A DNA stretch of 64,000 nucleotides from an uncultured virus (IMG/VR IMGVR_UViG_3300046694_000616) (lineage: Duplodnaviria > Heunggongvirae > Uroviricota > Caudoviricetes), in the IMG/VR virus record IMGVR_UViG_3300046694_000616; one strand, written 5' to 3'. Below the pieces are notes generated by a model. That model worked only from the letters and a program-made list of their open reading frames with translations, was not told where the DNA came from and searched no databases. The translations under genes and the position numbers were made by a program. Positions 34,972 to 44,073 of the stretch are shown one piece after another (position 1 is the stretch's first letter; each line of letters opens with the position of its first letter).

Positions 34972-35310
34972 CTAGAGCATACGGATGTATTTCACCGCAT
35001 CAGCCATCGTGAGTTCGAGCCGGTTGCGGAACGTGATGCACGCGGCGGAAGGACTCTTCGTTTTCGCCTCACGACATTCATCGAGAAGCTGCTCGAATTC
35101 ATCAAGCGTGATGATGCCGCCCACACGCAACGCGTCCCACCATTTCCGTGCAAGGTGCGCGCGGTCTGCTGGCGTTTCAGCGCATTGAAGTGCATCGAGT
35201 TCTTCTTCGAGGACGGCCGCTTTCTGACGCAGTTCCGCCAGCTCAATTTCGAGCTGCTGGATGCGCTGCAACCGTCGTTCGGATGTGCCGTCGTACGCCG
35301 TCGTCGTCAT
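34972..35310 (-). CDS. hypothetical coiled-coil protein
   Basis: GAGGA RBS (MTTTAYDG); - strand terminator at about 34933-34955. Confidence 0.65.
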   Translation of the reverse strand: MTTTAYDGTSERRLQRIQQLEIELAELRQKAAVLEEELDALQCAETPADRAHLARKWWDALRVGGIITLDEFEQLLDECREAKTKSPSAACITFRNRLELTMADAVKYIRML

Positions 35311-35344
35311 GATGATGTCCTCGTAAATGTGATTGTCACGGATT

Positions 35345-35351
35345 CGTATAG
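35345..35351 (-). promoter_or_regulatory. CTATACG box
   Basis: 34 nt upstream of ATG 35310. Confidence 0.6.
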
Positions 35352-35431
35352 CTTGAGCGACCATTTGACGCGACCCAAAGAAAACCTCCACGGCATCGCT
35401 GCGCGTGGAGGTGTTGAGATGTTGCTTCGGA

Positions 35432-35803
35432 TTAGCCGCAGAGGTATTCGTCGACGGCGACCACAACCTGGCGTGCGTCGTTGACGGCCACTCGCGTTGC
35501 AGTCTGGACTGCGTCCTCGGTGGCGGCAACCTGGCCGCTGATGATTTGACCTTCGATGAGCTGCTCGGCGAGTGTGCGGATACGGCGCTGGTCGGCTTCC
35601 GGATAGTGCGATAGCCGCCACATGCACGCGTCCAAAGTGACAACCACCCGGCAAGCCTCCATGAACGTCGAGGGCATCGCTGCCTTGATAGCTGCCTCCG
35701 AGTCTTCAACCTTGCCTTTGTTTACCTTCAGCTCGAGGAGCCGGGTGAACAAAGCCTTGATACGAGGCTGCTGCTCCGCGGGATAGCCCGATAGCTTCGA
35801 CAT
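35432..35803 (-). CDS. hypothetical protein
   Basis: GGGAG RBS. Confidence 0.7.
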   Translation of the reverse strand: MSKLSGYPAEQQPRIKALFTRLLELKVNKGKVEDSEAAIKAAMPSTFMEACRVVVTLDACMWRLSHYPEADQRRIRTLAEQLIEGQIISGQVAATEDAVQTATRVAVNDARQVVVAVDEYLCG

Positions 35804-35817
35804 GCGATTCTCCCTGG

Positions 35818-36183
35818 TTAAATTTTAAGACCTTCGCCGGCGAGCAGCGCCAAATCCCCGACAACGGGATGCGACCTGGCGTTCTCGCCTGCGTGGCCCT
35901 TGTAACCTGGCAGAACCGTGGTCCAGATGGGCACCACGCCAACCTCCTGTTCCTGCGCGGTGGGCTTGCGCACGCCGTACAGAATGCCGAAGTCGTACGA
36001 GTAGCGCACGGGGCGGCCGCTCCAGTCTTCGCCCGGATACGTCTTGGGCAGAACTAGGTCGAGCAGCTTTGCTCGCAGCTTCGCTTTCACGAGTGCACGA
36101 GCCTGCGTGCGTGCCGTGGCGCGAAACATCGTTGCGCCGCGGCAGATGGGCCATTCCAGCCAGACTTCAGCGACGAAGTTCAT
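35818..36183 (-). CDS. hypothetical protein
   Basis: ATGA coupling; GAGG RBS. Confidence 0.65.
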   Translation of the reverse strand: MNFVAEVWLEWPICRGATMFRATARTQARALVKAKLRAKLLDLVLPKTYPGEDWSGRPVRYSYDFGILYGVRKPTAQEQEVGVVPIWTTVLPGYKGHAGENARSHPVVGDLALLAGEGLKI

Positions 36184-36623
36184 GCCGACACCTCATCGCC
36201 GTAGACCGTTACAAGACGCAGGACCCAGAACCAGTAATCGCGCGGGCTGTCAGCGCATTCCTGAGCCAGCGGCCAGTCGCTGCGCGGATAGCTGCGGTGC
36301 TCGCCGGATTCAACGCCGTTGGCGTGTTTCTGGATGAGCGCCTGGACCTTCACGTCAAGGTCCTTGCGGACCTTCTTCGCGATGTCGAGCAGCCACGATT
36401 CCTGCTTCTCTGAGAGCGGCAGGTACGTGTTCAGTCGGGTCTGGCAGTTGCGCACCAGGCTACGCTCATTGGATTCGAGCGTTTCACAGGCTTCGAGACA
36501 GATGTTGAGCTCACGGCGCAACATCTTCTCGTGCACAGCAGCTTTCGCCTCCTCTGCTTCGCGCTCCTGACGCATCTTCTCGCGCCACACCGGGTCGTTC
36601 AGCTTCGTGAAGTCAATTCCCAT
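36180..36623 (-). CDS. hypothetical protein (paralogue of 36656-37192)
   Basis: GGAGGA RBS; WLLDIA and GEH..YPRSDWP shared. Confidence 0.75.
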   Translation of the reverse strand: MGIDFTKLNDPVWREKMRQEREAEEAKAAVHEKMLRRELNICLEACETLESNERSLVRNCQTRLNTYLPLSEKQESWLLDIAKKVRKDLDVKVQALIQKHANGVESGEHRSYPRSDWPLAQECADSPRDYWFWVLRLVTVYGDEVSA

Positions 36624-36655
36624 TTTCTTCCTCCGTTTTATCCCGTTGTCCAGGC

Positions 36656-37192
36656 TTACATGTGCAGTTCTTCGCGCGTGACTTCGCCGCTTTCGACGCG
36701 GTCCGCGCAACTGCCACACAGTCCATCCCAGCCTTCTCCGTCCAGCTGCGCGCCGCACTCGTCACAGTGTTCGTCGCTGCCACCATGCGCTTCGATTGCC
36801 GAGAGCGCCCAGTGCCAGTACGCCGTGGGCTTGAGGCCCTTGGCGTCGCGCAGAGGCCAGTCAGAACGCGGATAGGTCGGATGCTCGCCATCCCAGTTTC
36901 CATTCGCCCAGCGTTGGATAAGCCCGTCGATTTCTTCGGCGATTTCGTCCGTCGAGCGCGCGGCGATGTCGAGCAGCCACTTTTCCTGCGAAGAGGTCAG
37001 TGTTTCGACTTCCTTGAGCCGGCCGCGGCACGACTTCACGAGACCCAGTTCCGGTTCAGTGAGCGAATCGCGCGCCGCCAGGCAGCTGTGCACCGCCACG
37101 CGCAAGACGTAGTGATGCGCGAGCTGCGCCGCGTTGAGTGCGCCAAGACGCATGCTCAGCAGGATTGCCTGGTCGTTGAGCTTCTTTTCCAT
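36656..37192 (-). CDS. hypothetical protein with C-terminal CxxC..CxxC zinc ribbon (paralogue of 36180-36623)
   Basis: GGAGGA RBS; CDEC...CGSC. Confidence 0.75.
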   Translation of the reverse strand: MEKKLNDQAILLSMRLGALNAAQLAHHYVLRVAVHSCLAARDSLTEPELGLVKSCRGRLKEVETLTSSQEKWLLDIAARSTDEIAEEIDGLIQRWANGNWDGEHPTYPRSDWPLRDAKGLKPTAYWHWALSAIEAHGGSDEHCDECGAQLDGEGWDGLCGSCADRVESGEVTREELHM

Positions 37193-37215
37193 CGTTCTAT
37201 CCTCCAAAAAATGCG

Positions 37216-37851
37216 TTATTCAAAGAAAAAGCGTGGCTGCGTCAGCGCGATGTAGCAGGTCTGGTCGGCGAGGTCGCCTACCTGTTCCTTCTTCGCCGTA
37301 TTCACGTACTCGATGACCCCATAACCGCGGGCCACCAGGATGTTGCGATACGCCTGTGCGATGTCTGCCATAAGCTGCAGCTCCGCACCTTCGGCCTTGA
37401 GCATGCTCACGCGCGGCCAGTCCTTCGCTGTCTTCATCATCTCGAGGCAGGCCTTCGGGCTGTCATGCCCCCTGATGGCGGCATACCGTGCGAGCAGTTC
37501 AGGGCACTCGGTCAATGCAACCTTGCCGATGTCATGCGCCAATGCGTGATAGTCCGCACCTACAAACGCGACATGACCGCCCGTTTCCGGATGTGACAGC
37601 ATGCAAGTCGCACCGGGAAAATCGACGAAATGCTGGTTCAGCTTGTAGATTTCGCCCGCGAGCCGCACCGGAATAACCCGGCCGCCCGTGCGCTTGCCAT
37701 GCCCCTTTCGTCCTGGATTTCTCAGGGCAAACTTGTTGGCGAGCGCCGGCGTCTTCGAGAAATGCGGCCCGACCATGCGGTCGATTGAAAAAGTACCCGA
37801 CTCGAAGGTGTCGAAATCGACTTTCGTGCCGTGATAGCCAATGGTTTCCAT
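37216..37851 (-). CDS. ADP-ribosyltransferase-fold protein (polyvalent-protein ART-like)
   Basis: YHGT..DFDTF, GPHFS...A..FA, GRVIPVRL, GYGVIEYVN..E. Confidence 0.55.
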   Translation of the reverse strand: METIGYHGTKVDFDTFESGTFSIDRMVGPHFSKTPALANKFALRNPGRKGHGKRTGGRVIPVRLAGEIYKLNQHFVDFPGATCMLSHPETGGHVAFVGADYHALAHDIGKVALTECPELLARYAAIRGHDSPKACLEMMKTAKDWPRVSMLKAEGAELQLMADIAQAYRNILVARGYGVIEYVNTAKKEQVGDLADQTCYIALTQPRFFFE

Positions 37852-37881
37852 ACTTTCTCCAGATGTGATGTGTCCTGGAGT

Positions 37882-37888
37882 CGTATAG
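37882..37888 (-). promoter_or_regulatory. CTATACG box
   Basis: 30 nt upstream of ATG 37851. Confidence 0.6.
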
Positions 37889-38023
37889 GGAAGATTGATA
37901 CAGTCCGACACCGTCGACCGGCGCACTCGCGGCCGAAATTGGCAAAATATGCAATAAACGGTATTAGTATATCATTTAAACGTCCCGTTGGGCGGCCCAG
38001 CTGGGCTACCTCGGGCGGTGTGC

Positions 38024-38030
38024 TTATACG
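38024..38030 (+). promoter_or_regulatory. CTATACG-class box (variant TTATACG)
   Basis: 46 nt upstream of ATG 38077. Confidence 0.45.
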
Positions 38031-38076
38031 GATAGGTAGGTCAAATCCATCTGCAAGGCAACCTGAGAATCAGACA

Positions 38077-38370
38077 ATGAATACACCGGGAAAAATCACG
38101 CAAATTATTCAACGAGACGATGGCTCCGAAGTCAGAATCGTCGCCGAAAAGTTTTATGGGCTTGGGCTGCATTGCTCGATAGGCGTGTACGTGCTCCGGC
38201 GCGAAAGCCCCAATCACCAGTGGGCGCTCACCGACGATAAACCGCATCCCAACTGGCGAAAAATGTCGGTGGATGAGTACGTCAAGCACGGCCGCTCCGA
38301 GATGCTACGGACGGTCTCTCACGGTGAAATTCTGAAGGTGACTAGCGCGTTGGCATCCGCAGGGATGTGA
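38077..38370 (+). CDS. hypothetical protein
   Basis: MNTPGKITQ start. Confidence 0.65.
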   Translation: MNTPGKITQIIQRDDGSEVRIVAEKFYGLGLHCSIGVYVLRRESPNHQWALTDDKPHPNWRKMSVDEYVKHGRSEMLRTVSHGEILKVTSALASAGM

Positions 38371-38502
38371 ACTCGAACCTCTCCGCCCCGCATCTTGAGC
38401 AGATGCGGGGCATTTTCGCGCGTCTCGTTGGCCGGTCAGACCCTGCCGCAGACGAAAAAACCGCGACCATGAAGGCCGCGGTTGAGTCAAATGAACTTCG
38501 AA

Positions 38503-39570
38503 TCAGGTCATTGCCAGACGGCATGCGACGGCTTTTTCCAGCTTCTTTTTGGCAAACTCCCGATAGTTCTCCTTGTTGGTCCGCACATATGCATTCGCTC
38601 CCGTGGCTATCACGAAGTCGCGCAGCACATCGAGCGCGAGTATGTAGTGCGACAGGTCCAGATAGTTCATGGCATCGGTCATACCCAGCCACATCTGCGA
38701 AGCGGGCATGGACGTATCCTCGAACGCGAGTGCGAGATACACGCAGAACGAGAGCGCGTACTGCTCGCCCATGCCAAGCATGAACCAAGGCATCGGCGTG
38801 CGCCGGCCATTGCGGTCGAGTAACACCTCCAGACGACTCGCATACAGCTCGTACTCTGCACCCATTACGCGGCGCACGAGCGTGTTGGCAAGCGCAGCCA
38901 CGCGCTCAGCTTCCGGATGGTCCACGAGCTTCTGAAGCCAGACCTCCGTATTTGGCACCTGGACAAACGGATGCGTGACCGTAGTGACGAAATCACGAAC
39001 GGGCGGCTCGAAGCTGTGCGGGTCCATTCGCTGAATATCGAATCGGGCCAGCTTATCCGACACGCGCGGCGCGCCGAACGGGTTGACCAGAATCGACGCA
39101 ACGTCCTTCGGAGAGCACGCGATTTTTCTAACACCGCGCACATCATGAAACAGCCTGACAGCTACTTCCTGGTTGCCCTGCTTGTTGAGCCAGCCATCCA
39201 GGTCCACGACAAGGAGGTAAGCATGCAGCCCAAAGAAGTCGTTGTCGACTTCCTGCCACATCGCAACCTTCCGGCTGAAGTGGTCGAGCGCGATGGTCTG
39301 CCACGACTTGGACGTGCCCCGACGCTCAGCGAACTCAAGCTCCACGCGTTGCATCGGGTCTTCGCCGAACAGCTCGGTAGCAGTGACCAGGAAAATGAAC
39401 CCGGTTTGTTCTGTGTCCGGCTGGACAAGACGCACCAACCCTTCCTTTTCGATGCCTTTGAGACCTAGGCCTGCGAGCATCTCGAGAATCCGGTCCGGTC
39501 CGGTTTCATCCGGCGCAGGCATCGAATAGTTCTTGTGGCGTTTGCGAATCTCTTCCCAGTTGGTCGACAT
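38503..39570 (-). CDS. hypothetical protein with degenerate ABC/SMC-ATPase C-terminal half
   Basis: LGMGEQ...YLAL...LGMTDAMNYLD resembles signature, Walker B and D-loop; no Walker A; GGAGGA RBS. Confidence 0.6.
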   Translation of the reverse strand: MSTNWEEIRKRHKNYSMPAPDETGPDRILEMLAGLGLKGIEKEGLVRLVQPDTEQTGFIFLVTATELFGEDPMQRVELEFAERRGTSKSWQTIALDHFSRKVAMWQEVDNDFFGLHAYLLVVDLDGWLNKQGNQEVAVRLFHDVRGVRKIACSPKDVASILVNPFGAPRVSDKLARFDIQRMDPHSFEPPVRDFVTTVTHPFVQVPNTEVWLQKLVDHPEAERVAALANTLVRRVMGAEYELYASRLEVLLDRNGRRTPMPWFMLGMGEQYALSFCVYLALAFEDTSMPASQMWLGMTDAMNYLDLSHYILALDVLRDFVIATGANAYVRTNKENYREFAKKKLEKAVACRLAMT

Positions 39571-39603
39571 ATTTTCCTCCAGTGATTGAACGGTTCCTTC
39601 AGC

Positions 39604-39610
39604 CGTATAG
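39604..39610 (-). promoter_or_regulatory. CTATACG box
   Basis: 33 nt upstream of ATG 39570. Confidence 0.6.
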
Positions 39611-39648
39611 CTCGAGGAGGCCAGTTCGTGGAGCGTGCAGCGATGCGG

Positions 39649-40110
39649 TCAAACGAAGCGCCGGCCAGACCGGACATCATCGAGCAGGGCCGTAGCCTTA
39701 TCGAGCTGCTCTGTCATCGCGGTCACCTGGGCTTGTGCTGCGCGGTGCGCCTGGTCTTTCGGTCGCCCGAGAAATCGGTCATCGGCACAGTCCTGCACCC
39801 AGCCGAGTTGCCGCCGCGCGCGCTCGAGCTGCTCGCGCACGTTGTCTAAGTGCCAGGCCCAGTAATCGACTCGCATATCGAGGGTCTGGTTGTACCAGAT
39901 GTTCGGCACGGTGACCGTTTCGCCCGTGTCGAGGTACCTGTATTGCAGCGTTGAGCACCGGTTCGGGGAGATAAGCTTGCCGCCTGCAAATCGGGCAACG
40001 AGTTCGTGCGGCCGTTTGCGCTCAAGGCTTTGAGCAAAGTCGGGGCGAAGGTAGGGTGGAAGCGGTTGAATTGCACTCGTCGGCATCGCGGTTCGGGCAC
40101 TATCGGGCAT
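39649..40110 (-). CDS. hypothetical protein
   Basis: Coding-like ORF; start 40110 or 40086. Confidence 0.6.
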   Translation of the reverse strand: MPDSARTAMPTSAIQPLPPYLRPDFAQSLERKRPHELVARFAGGKLISPNRCSTLQYRYLDTGETVTVPNIWYNQTLDMRVDYWAWHLDNVREQLERARRQLGWVQDCADDRFLGRPKDQAHRAAQAQVTAMTEQLDKATALLDDVRSGRRFV

Positions 40111-40252
40111 GTAAGGGGTCAAGTTTTTCCTTGTAATGTCGTTCGCCTGCGCGTTGATGGGTGAAAGTTTACGGGACTTCGCCGGCCTTCGTCGCAAGAA
40201 AACCTCCTCGTCAGCCAGCACGCGGAGGTCCAGGCAAAGCATTGATGCATCC

Positions 40253-41762
40253 TCAGGGGGCCAGCGCGCTCACCGGCACCCATCGGTCGTCGAGCGTCGT
40301 ATCGCCGAGCTGCCCGTTTGTGTTGTCACCCCAGCACTTCACACCGGTGCCGACCTGGGCGCAATTGAAGTAGTAGCCCGCCATGACACGGGAGACGCCT
40401 GTCGCAAGCCCGATGACGGTCGTGGGCAGAAGCGTATTGGCCGTGCTGTTGTTGCCGACCTGGCCATGGTTGCTGTACCCCCAGCACTTAGCCGCGCCTG
40501 ACGCAGCCGCGCAAGCGTGAATGTTGCCGGCCGTGATGTTTGTGACGCCCGCGCCCAGCCCGCTCACGGGGACGGGGACATTGCTGTTTGTCGTAGTGCC
40601 ATTGCCGAGCTGCCCTGCGTTGTTGAGGCCCCAGCAGCTAGCGGCACCGTTGACCACCGCGCACGTGAAGTTTGCTCCGAGCGCGAAGCCGGTGACGCCC
40701 GAGGTCAGTCCGTTAACCTGAACCGGCACGCCGCTCTGGTTCGTCGAGCCGTTACCCAGCTGACCACTATTTCCCGCGCCCCAGCACTTGAGCGCGCCGG
40801 CTACGGTCGCGCAGGTGTGGTACCAGGTGCCAGCAACGACGCTGACTCCGGATGTTAGTCCACTTACCTGAATGGGCACGGAGCTGTTGGTCGTGCTGTT
40901 GTTGCCCAACTGATAGTTGCCGTTGAGTCCCCAGCACTTCGCCGCCCCATTGACGGTTGCGCAGGTGTGATAGTAGCCCGACGCGATGGTCGAGACGCCG
41001 GAGGCCAATCCGCTAACCTGCACCGGAAAGCTGCTGTTCGACGCGGAGTTGTTGCCGAGCTGGCCGTAATTATTCGCGCCCCAACAAACTGCGGCACCAT
41101 TGATTGCCGCGCACGTATGGAAGTAACCGGCGGAGAGGTTCGTGATGCTACCCGCGGGCAGACCCACTACGTCGACGGGCACCAGGCTGTCGGCTGTGCC
41201 GCCATTGCCGAGCTGGCCAAAGCCGTTATAGCCCCAGCACTGCACGCCACCGCTGTGCGTCACAATGCAGGTGTGGTGTCCGCCGGGCGCAATCTGCACC
41301 GCATTGACGGATACGCCATTCACGGTCAGCGTGTACACCTGCTGGCCCGTCTTGTCCTTGTAGCTGGCGACGACCTGGAACGAGGCTCCAGCGTCGGTCT
41401 CGGTGGTCGGCGTGCCGCTCAACAGGCCATCCGGGGACAGGCTCAAGCCATCCGGCAGACCCGTGGCATCGAAGCTCACCTTGCTCGCGTCATACGCGGG
41501 GTCGTTGTCGACGTGCAGTTGGGTCCTGAAATCGTACGGCGCATACGCCCGACGCAGCCGCGCGGCAGGAAGGGCAACGCTGTCGAGGCGCACCGTGATT
41601 TCGACCACGACAATGCGATAGGTTTGCACGCCACTTTTCGTCTTGTAGGTGACCTTCACCGAGAACGGCGCAGAGCCACTAGCTGTCGGCGTGCCGCTGA
41701 TGGTCCCATCGCTCTGTAGCGTGAGTCCCGCCGGTAGAATGTTTGAGCGTTGTTCTCGACAT
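40253..41762 (-). pseudogene. Ig-repeat + RCC1 beta-propeller protein, 5' end disrupted by an out-of-frame deletion
   Basis: ATG 41762 (MSRTTLKHS) is out of frame with LPAGLTLQSDGTISGTP; signal core and YYVVVP motif missing; seven CWG.N..GQLG blades intact. Confidence 0.7.
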
Positions 41763-41816
41763 GATTGGCTGCAAATCGGCGGCGCGTATCGCGCGTAACG
41801 GTATTGCTCAGTATAA

Positions 41817-41844
41817 TTGACTTACGAACATTTTACGGTATATT
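41817..41844 (+). promoter_or_regulatory. sigma70 promoter
   Basis: TTGACT-N16-TATATT. Confidence 0.5.
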
Positions 41845-41895
41845 AACCGACTGCCGCGTCAGAACCCACTCTGCCACCTATCAGGACCGAAATCC

Positions 41896-41991
41896 ATGCG
41901 CTTTATCACCAACATCTTCCGAGAGCTTATCGGAAACCTTTATGTCATTAACGCGGCCTACAAGGCACAACTCAGTGCGCCATGGCGGTGA
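41896..41991 (+). CDS. 31-aa small protein
   Basis: AGGA RBS; MRFITNIFRELIGNLYVINAAYKAQLSAPWR; own promoter and downstream hairpin. Confidence 0.45.
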   Translation: MRFITNIFRELIGNLYVINAAYKAQLSAPWR

Positions 41992-42078
41992 AGCCGGATA
42001 CCGCAGCCTGACAACTACGTAAAAACCTCCACGTCATCGCTGTCCGTGGAGGTGAGGTTTGAGGCTTGTGCGATTGGC

Positions 42079-42750
42079 CTAGATGTCGAGCACGCGGAGC
42101 GTTTCCGGTGCGCGCGGCACGCGGGGCTGCTTTTCGCGCCACTTGAAATACGGGCTCTCCCCGTAGCCAAATAGCTCATCGCCGCGGATGACCGTCCACG
42201 ACCACGGGCCGATTCTTCCTAGCGAAAGCGCGACCTGCCGCAGCCAGTGGCTGAGTGCCGGGCTTGCGTCGATGCGCGCCTTGAGGGCCGCGGTCGCCGC
42301 TTCATCGCTCGTCATCTTGTGCTCGCCGGTTGGCACCCGACAAGAGATGTCTCCGAACACGCGCTTGTTGCGGTCGCGGCTGTTCACAATCTGGACGTCG
42401 ACTCGCTCCGTCTCGTGGGCTTCGAAAAACGCCTTCATGGCGAGGAGCATTTCGCGGAACTCCGCCAGCTCAGCGGCCGGGGATGCCGAAGGCAGCAACA
42501 GGACCTTCGCAAGGCTCACGCTCACCACGGTTGCGTCCTTGCTCCGGCTGATTTCGAGGTCGATTTCGGTGATGGCTTTCTTCGCGGAATCGAGCCGAAC
42601 GGTCAGTAGCGGAAAATCCATGAACATGCTGCCAAGGAAGTCTCGCGCCTGCTCTTTGGTTCGCAGTGGTTCCCTGCGCGCGGTGAAGTGAATCCTGCCC
42701 TGGTCGTCGGCCGTGTCGATGAGGTTGAAGAGGTTGGTCGAATATGACAT
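42079..42750 (-). CDS. hypothetical protein
   Basis: GAGGA RBS; 223 aa. Confidence 0.75.
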   Translation of the reverse strand: MSYSTNLFNLIDTADDQGRIHFTARREPLRTKEQARDFLGSMFMDFPLLTVRLDSAKKAITEIDLEISRSKDATVVSVSLAKVLLLPSASPAAELAEFREMLLAMKAFFEAHETERVDVQIVNSRDRNKRVFGDISCRVPTGEHKMTSDEAATAALKARIDASPALSHWLRQVALSLGRIGPWSWTVIRGDELFGYGESPYFKWREKQPRVPRAPETLRVLDI

Positions 42751-42790
42751 CGTGTATTTCCTCGAATAGAACAGCGAATTGCTGCTCTTT

Positions 42791-42797
42791 CGTATAG
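42791..42797 (-). promoter_or_regulatory. CTATACG box
   Basis: 40 nt upstream of ATG 42750. Confidence 0.6.
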
Positions 42798-42909
42798 CTC
42801 AGCGTATTGCCCGCCGGCCCGGCGTACCGGGTCGGCCTTCGAGAGCACGTGAAAAAGCAGCCCGGATAGGGGCTGCATTGAGAGGGTGTTTTCCTTTTGA
42901 GTGACGTAG

Positions 42910-43194
42910 TTAGCGCGCACCCGCGTTCAGATGAGGCTGAGCGGCCAGCAACCAGTCCTTCTCGATGTCGTACATGTCCGGCACGAGTTGGCCTACGAAC
43001 GTAACGTTCAGGGTGTGGTGACTCGGACCGCCGCGGACTCCGGGGTGAAACACCACGTAGGCCTGATAGTGCGTGTAACGGTGGCGTTCATCGCGTTTGC
43101 GATGAATGTCGTCCAGTTCCGTCGCGCCGAAGCGATGCACGGGTGCATCTTTGAGCAGTGCGATTACCTGCTCGTGGGTCAATCGTGTGGTCAT
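42910..43194 (-). CDS. hypothetical protein
   Basis: GAGGA RBS. Confidence 0.7.
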   Translation of the reverse strand: MTTRLTHEQVIALLKDAPVHRFGATELDDIHRKRDERHRYTHYQAYVVFHPGVRGGPSHHTLNVTFVGQLVPDMYDIEKDWLLAAQPHLNAGAR

Positions 43195-43229
43195 GGTATG
43201 TCCTCAGTAAACAGCAGACGCTGCCTTTG

Positions 43230-43236
43230 CGTATAG
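43230..43236 (-). promoter_or_regulatory. CTATACG box
   Basis: 35 nt upstream of ATG 43194. Confidence 0.6.
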
Positions 43237-43258
43237 AGCGAGGGACGCAGGCCAATTC

Positions 43259-43296
43259 AAAAAAGGAAAAGCCTCCGGCGCGAGGCGGGAGGCTTT
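43259..43296 (-). terminator. intrinsic terminator
   Basis: AAAGCCTCC..GGAGGCTTT with a T-rich tail on the - strand; ends the 47941-43341 operon. Confidence 0.75.
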
Positions 43297-43340
43297 GAGC
43301 ACAGGCTAATTGGCGATTACCGCTCGTAGAATCCGAAGTC

Positions 43341-43475
43341 TCAATCGAGCGATGAAACATCCCCCGGCTCTTCATCCTTGACCGCTTCACACCGGGCACA
43401 CCTGACCAGGCTGTCGTAGCCGCTGCCGAAGCGCTGCCAGACATGCTCGCAGAAAAGACTCTTGAGCCAGCTCAT
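43341..43475 (-). CDS. 44-aa zinc-finger-like protein (DUF1660-like)
   Basis: MSWLKSLFCEHVW...RCARCE; ATGA-coupled to the NMNAT stop; not in the ORF track. Confidence 0.55.
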   Translation of the reverse strand: MSWLKSLFCEHVWQRFGSGYDSLVRCARCEAVKDEEPGDVSSLD

Positions 43476-44071
43476 ACTTGTGCGCTCGCCACAACCGCGA
43501 CTTCAGTCTCTGCAAGCGCGCGGAAGTCATCCGTCGACATCCACTGCTCGAGGAAGGCAAGGGCGCCTGCCGGCACCATGCCCTGCATTTGCTTGATGCG
43601 CGCATCGAGCGTGCGGTTTTCGTCGAACATCACCTTGCGCACGGCCGTGGCATCGAGCTCGTTTGCGCGAGAGACGCTCTCGAGGTGCCAGGTCGGGAAG
43701 TGGTTGAGGTAGTAGCTCGACGCGTCCTTGAGGTGGCCAAGGAGCGCGACGCGCGCGGCGCCGGGCGCTTTTTGCTCGACCGCGGCCTGAACGTTGGCCA
43801 CCCAGCTTTCGTTGTCGCCGGTATCGGCGACTGCTGCAAAGCGCAGGCGCTTCAAATCGGGGCCGGTGAAGCAGCCCGCAATCATCATTTCGCGCTCAAG
43901 CGCGGAGAGCGGATTCTTTCGGGTGCGTGGTTGGTCTGCAGACCCCAGCACGATGATGACAACCTTCCCCAGCAACAGGCCGAGCCGGACGAGGGCGTCA
44001 TGCCCGGTGTGGTACGGCTCAAAGCGGCCGATGTATACGATGACGTCGTACTTGTACAGTATCTCGCTCAT
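43472..44071 (-). CDS. nadM: NMN/NaMN adenylyltransferase (NadM-type, no NUDIX domain)
   Basis: IGRFEPYHTGH, LGSA...KNP, GHLKDASSYYL..FP.W, ATAVR. Confidence 0.85.
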   Translation of the reverse strand: MSEILYKYDVIVYIGRFEPYHTGHDALVRLGLLLGKVVIIVLGSADQPRTRKNPLSALEREMMIAGCFTGPDLKRLRFAAVADTGDNESWVANVQAAVEQKAPGAARVALLGHLKDASSYYLNHFPTWHLESVSRANELDATAVRKVMFDENRTLDARIKQMQGMVPAGALAFLEQWMSTDDFRALAETEVAVVASAQV

Positions 44072-44073
44072 GT

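Noticed and set aside
40253..41330. Regularly spaced CCCCAGCACTT-like repeats (also about 52540-53600) resembling a CRISPR array or a DGR repeat pair
   Set aside because: They encode the KCWG motif of RCC1 blades; degenerate at third codon positions, with no cas or reverse transcriptase gene.
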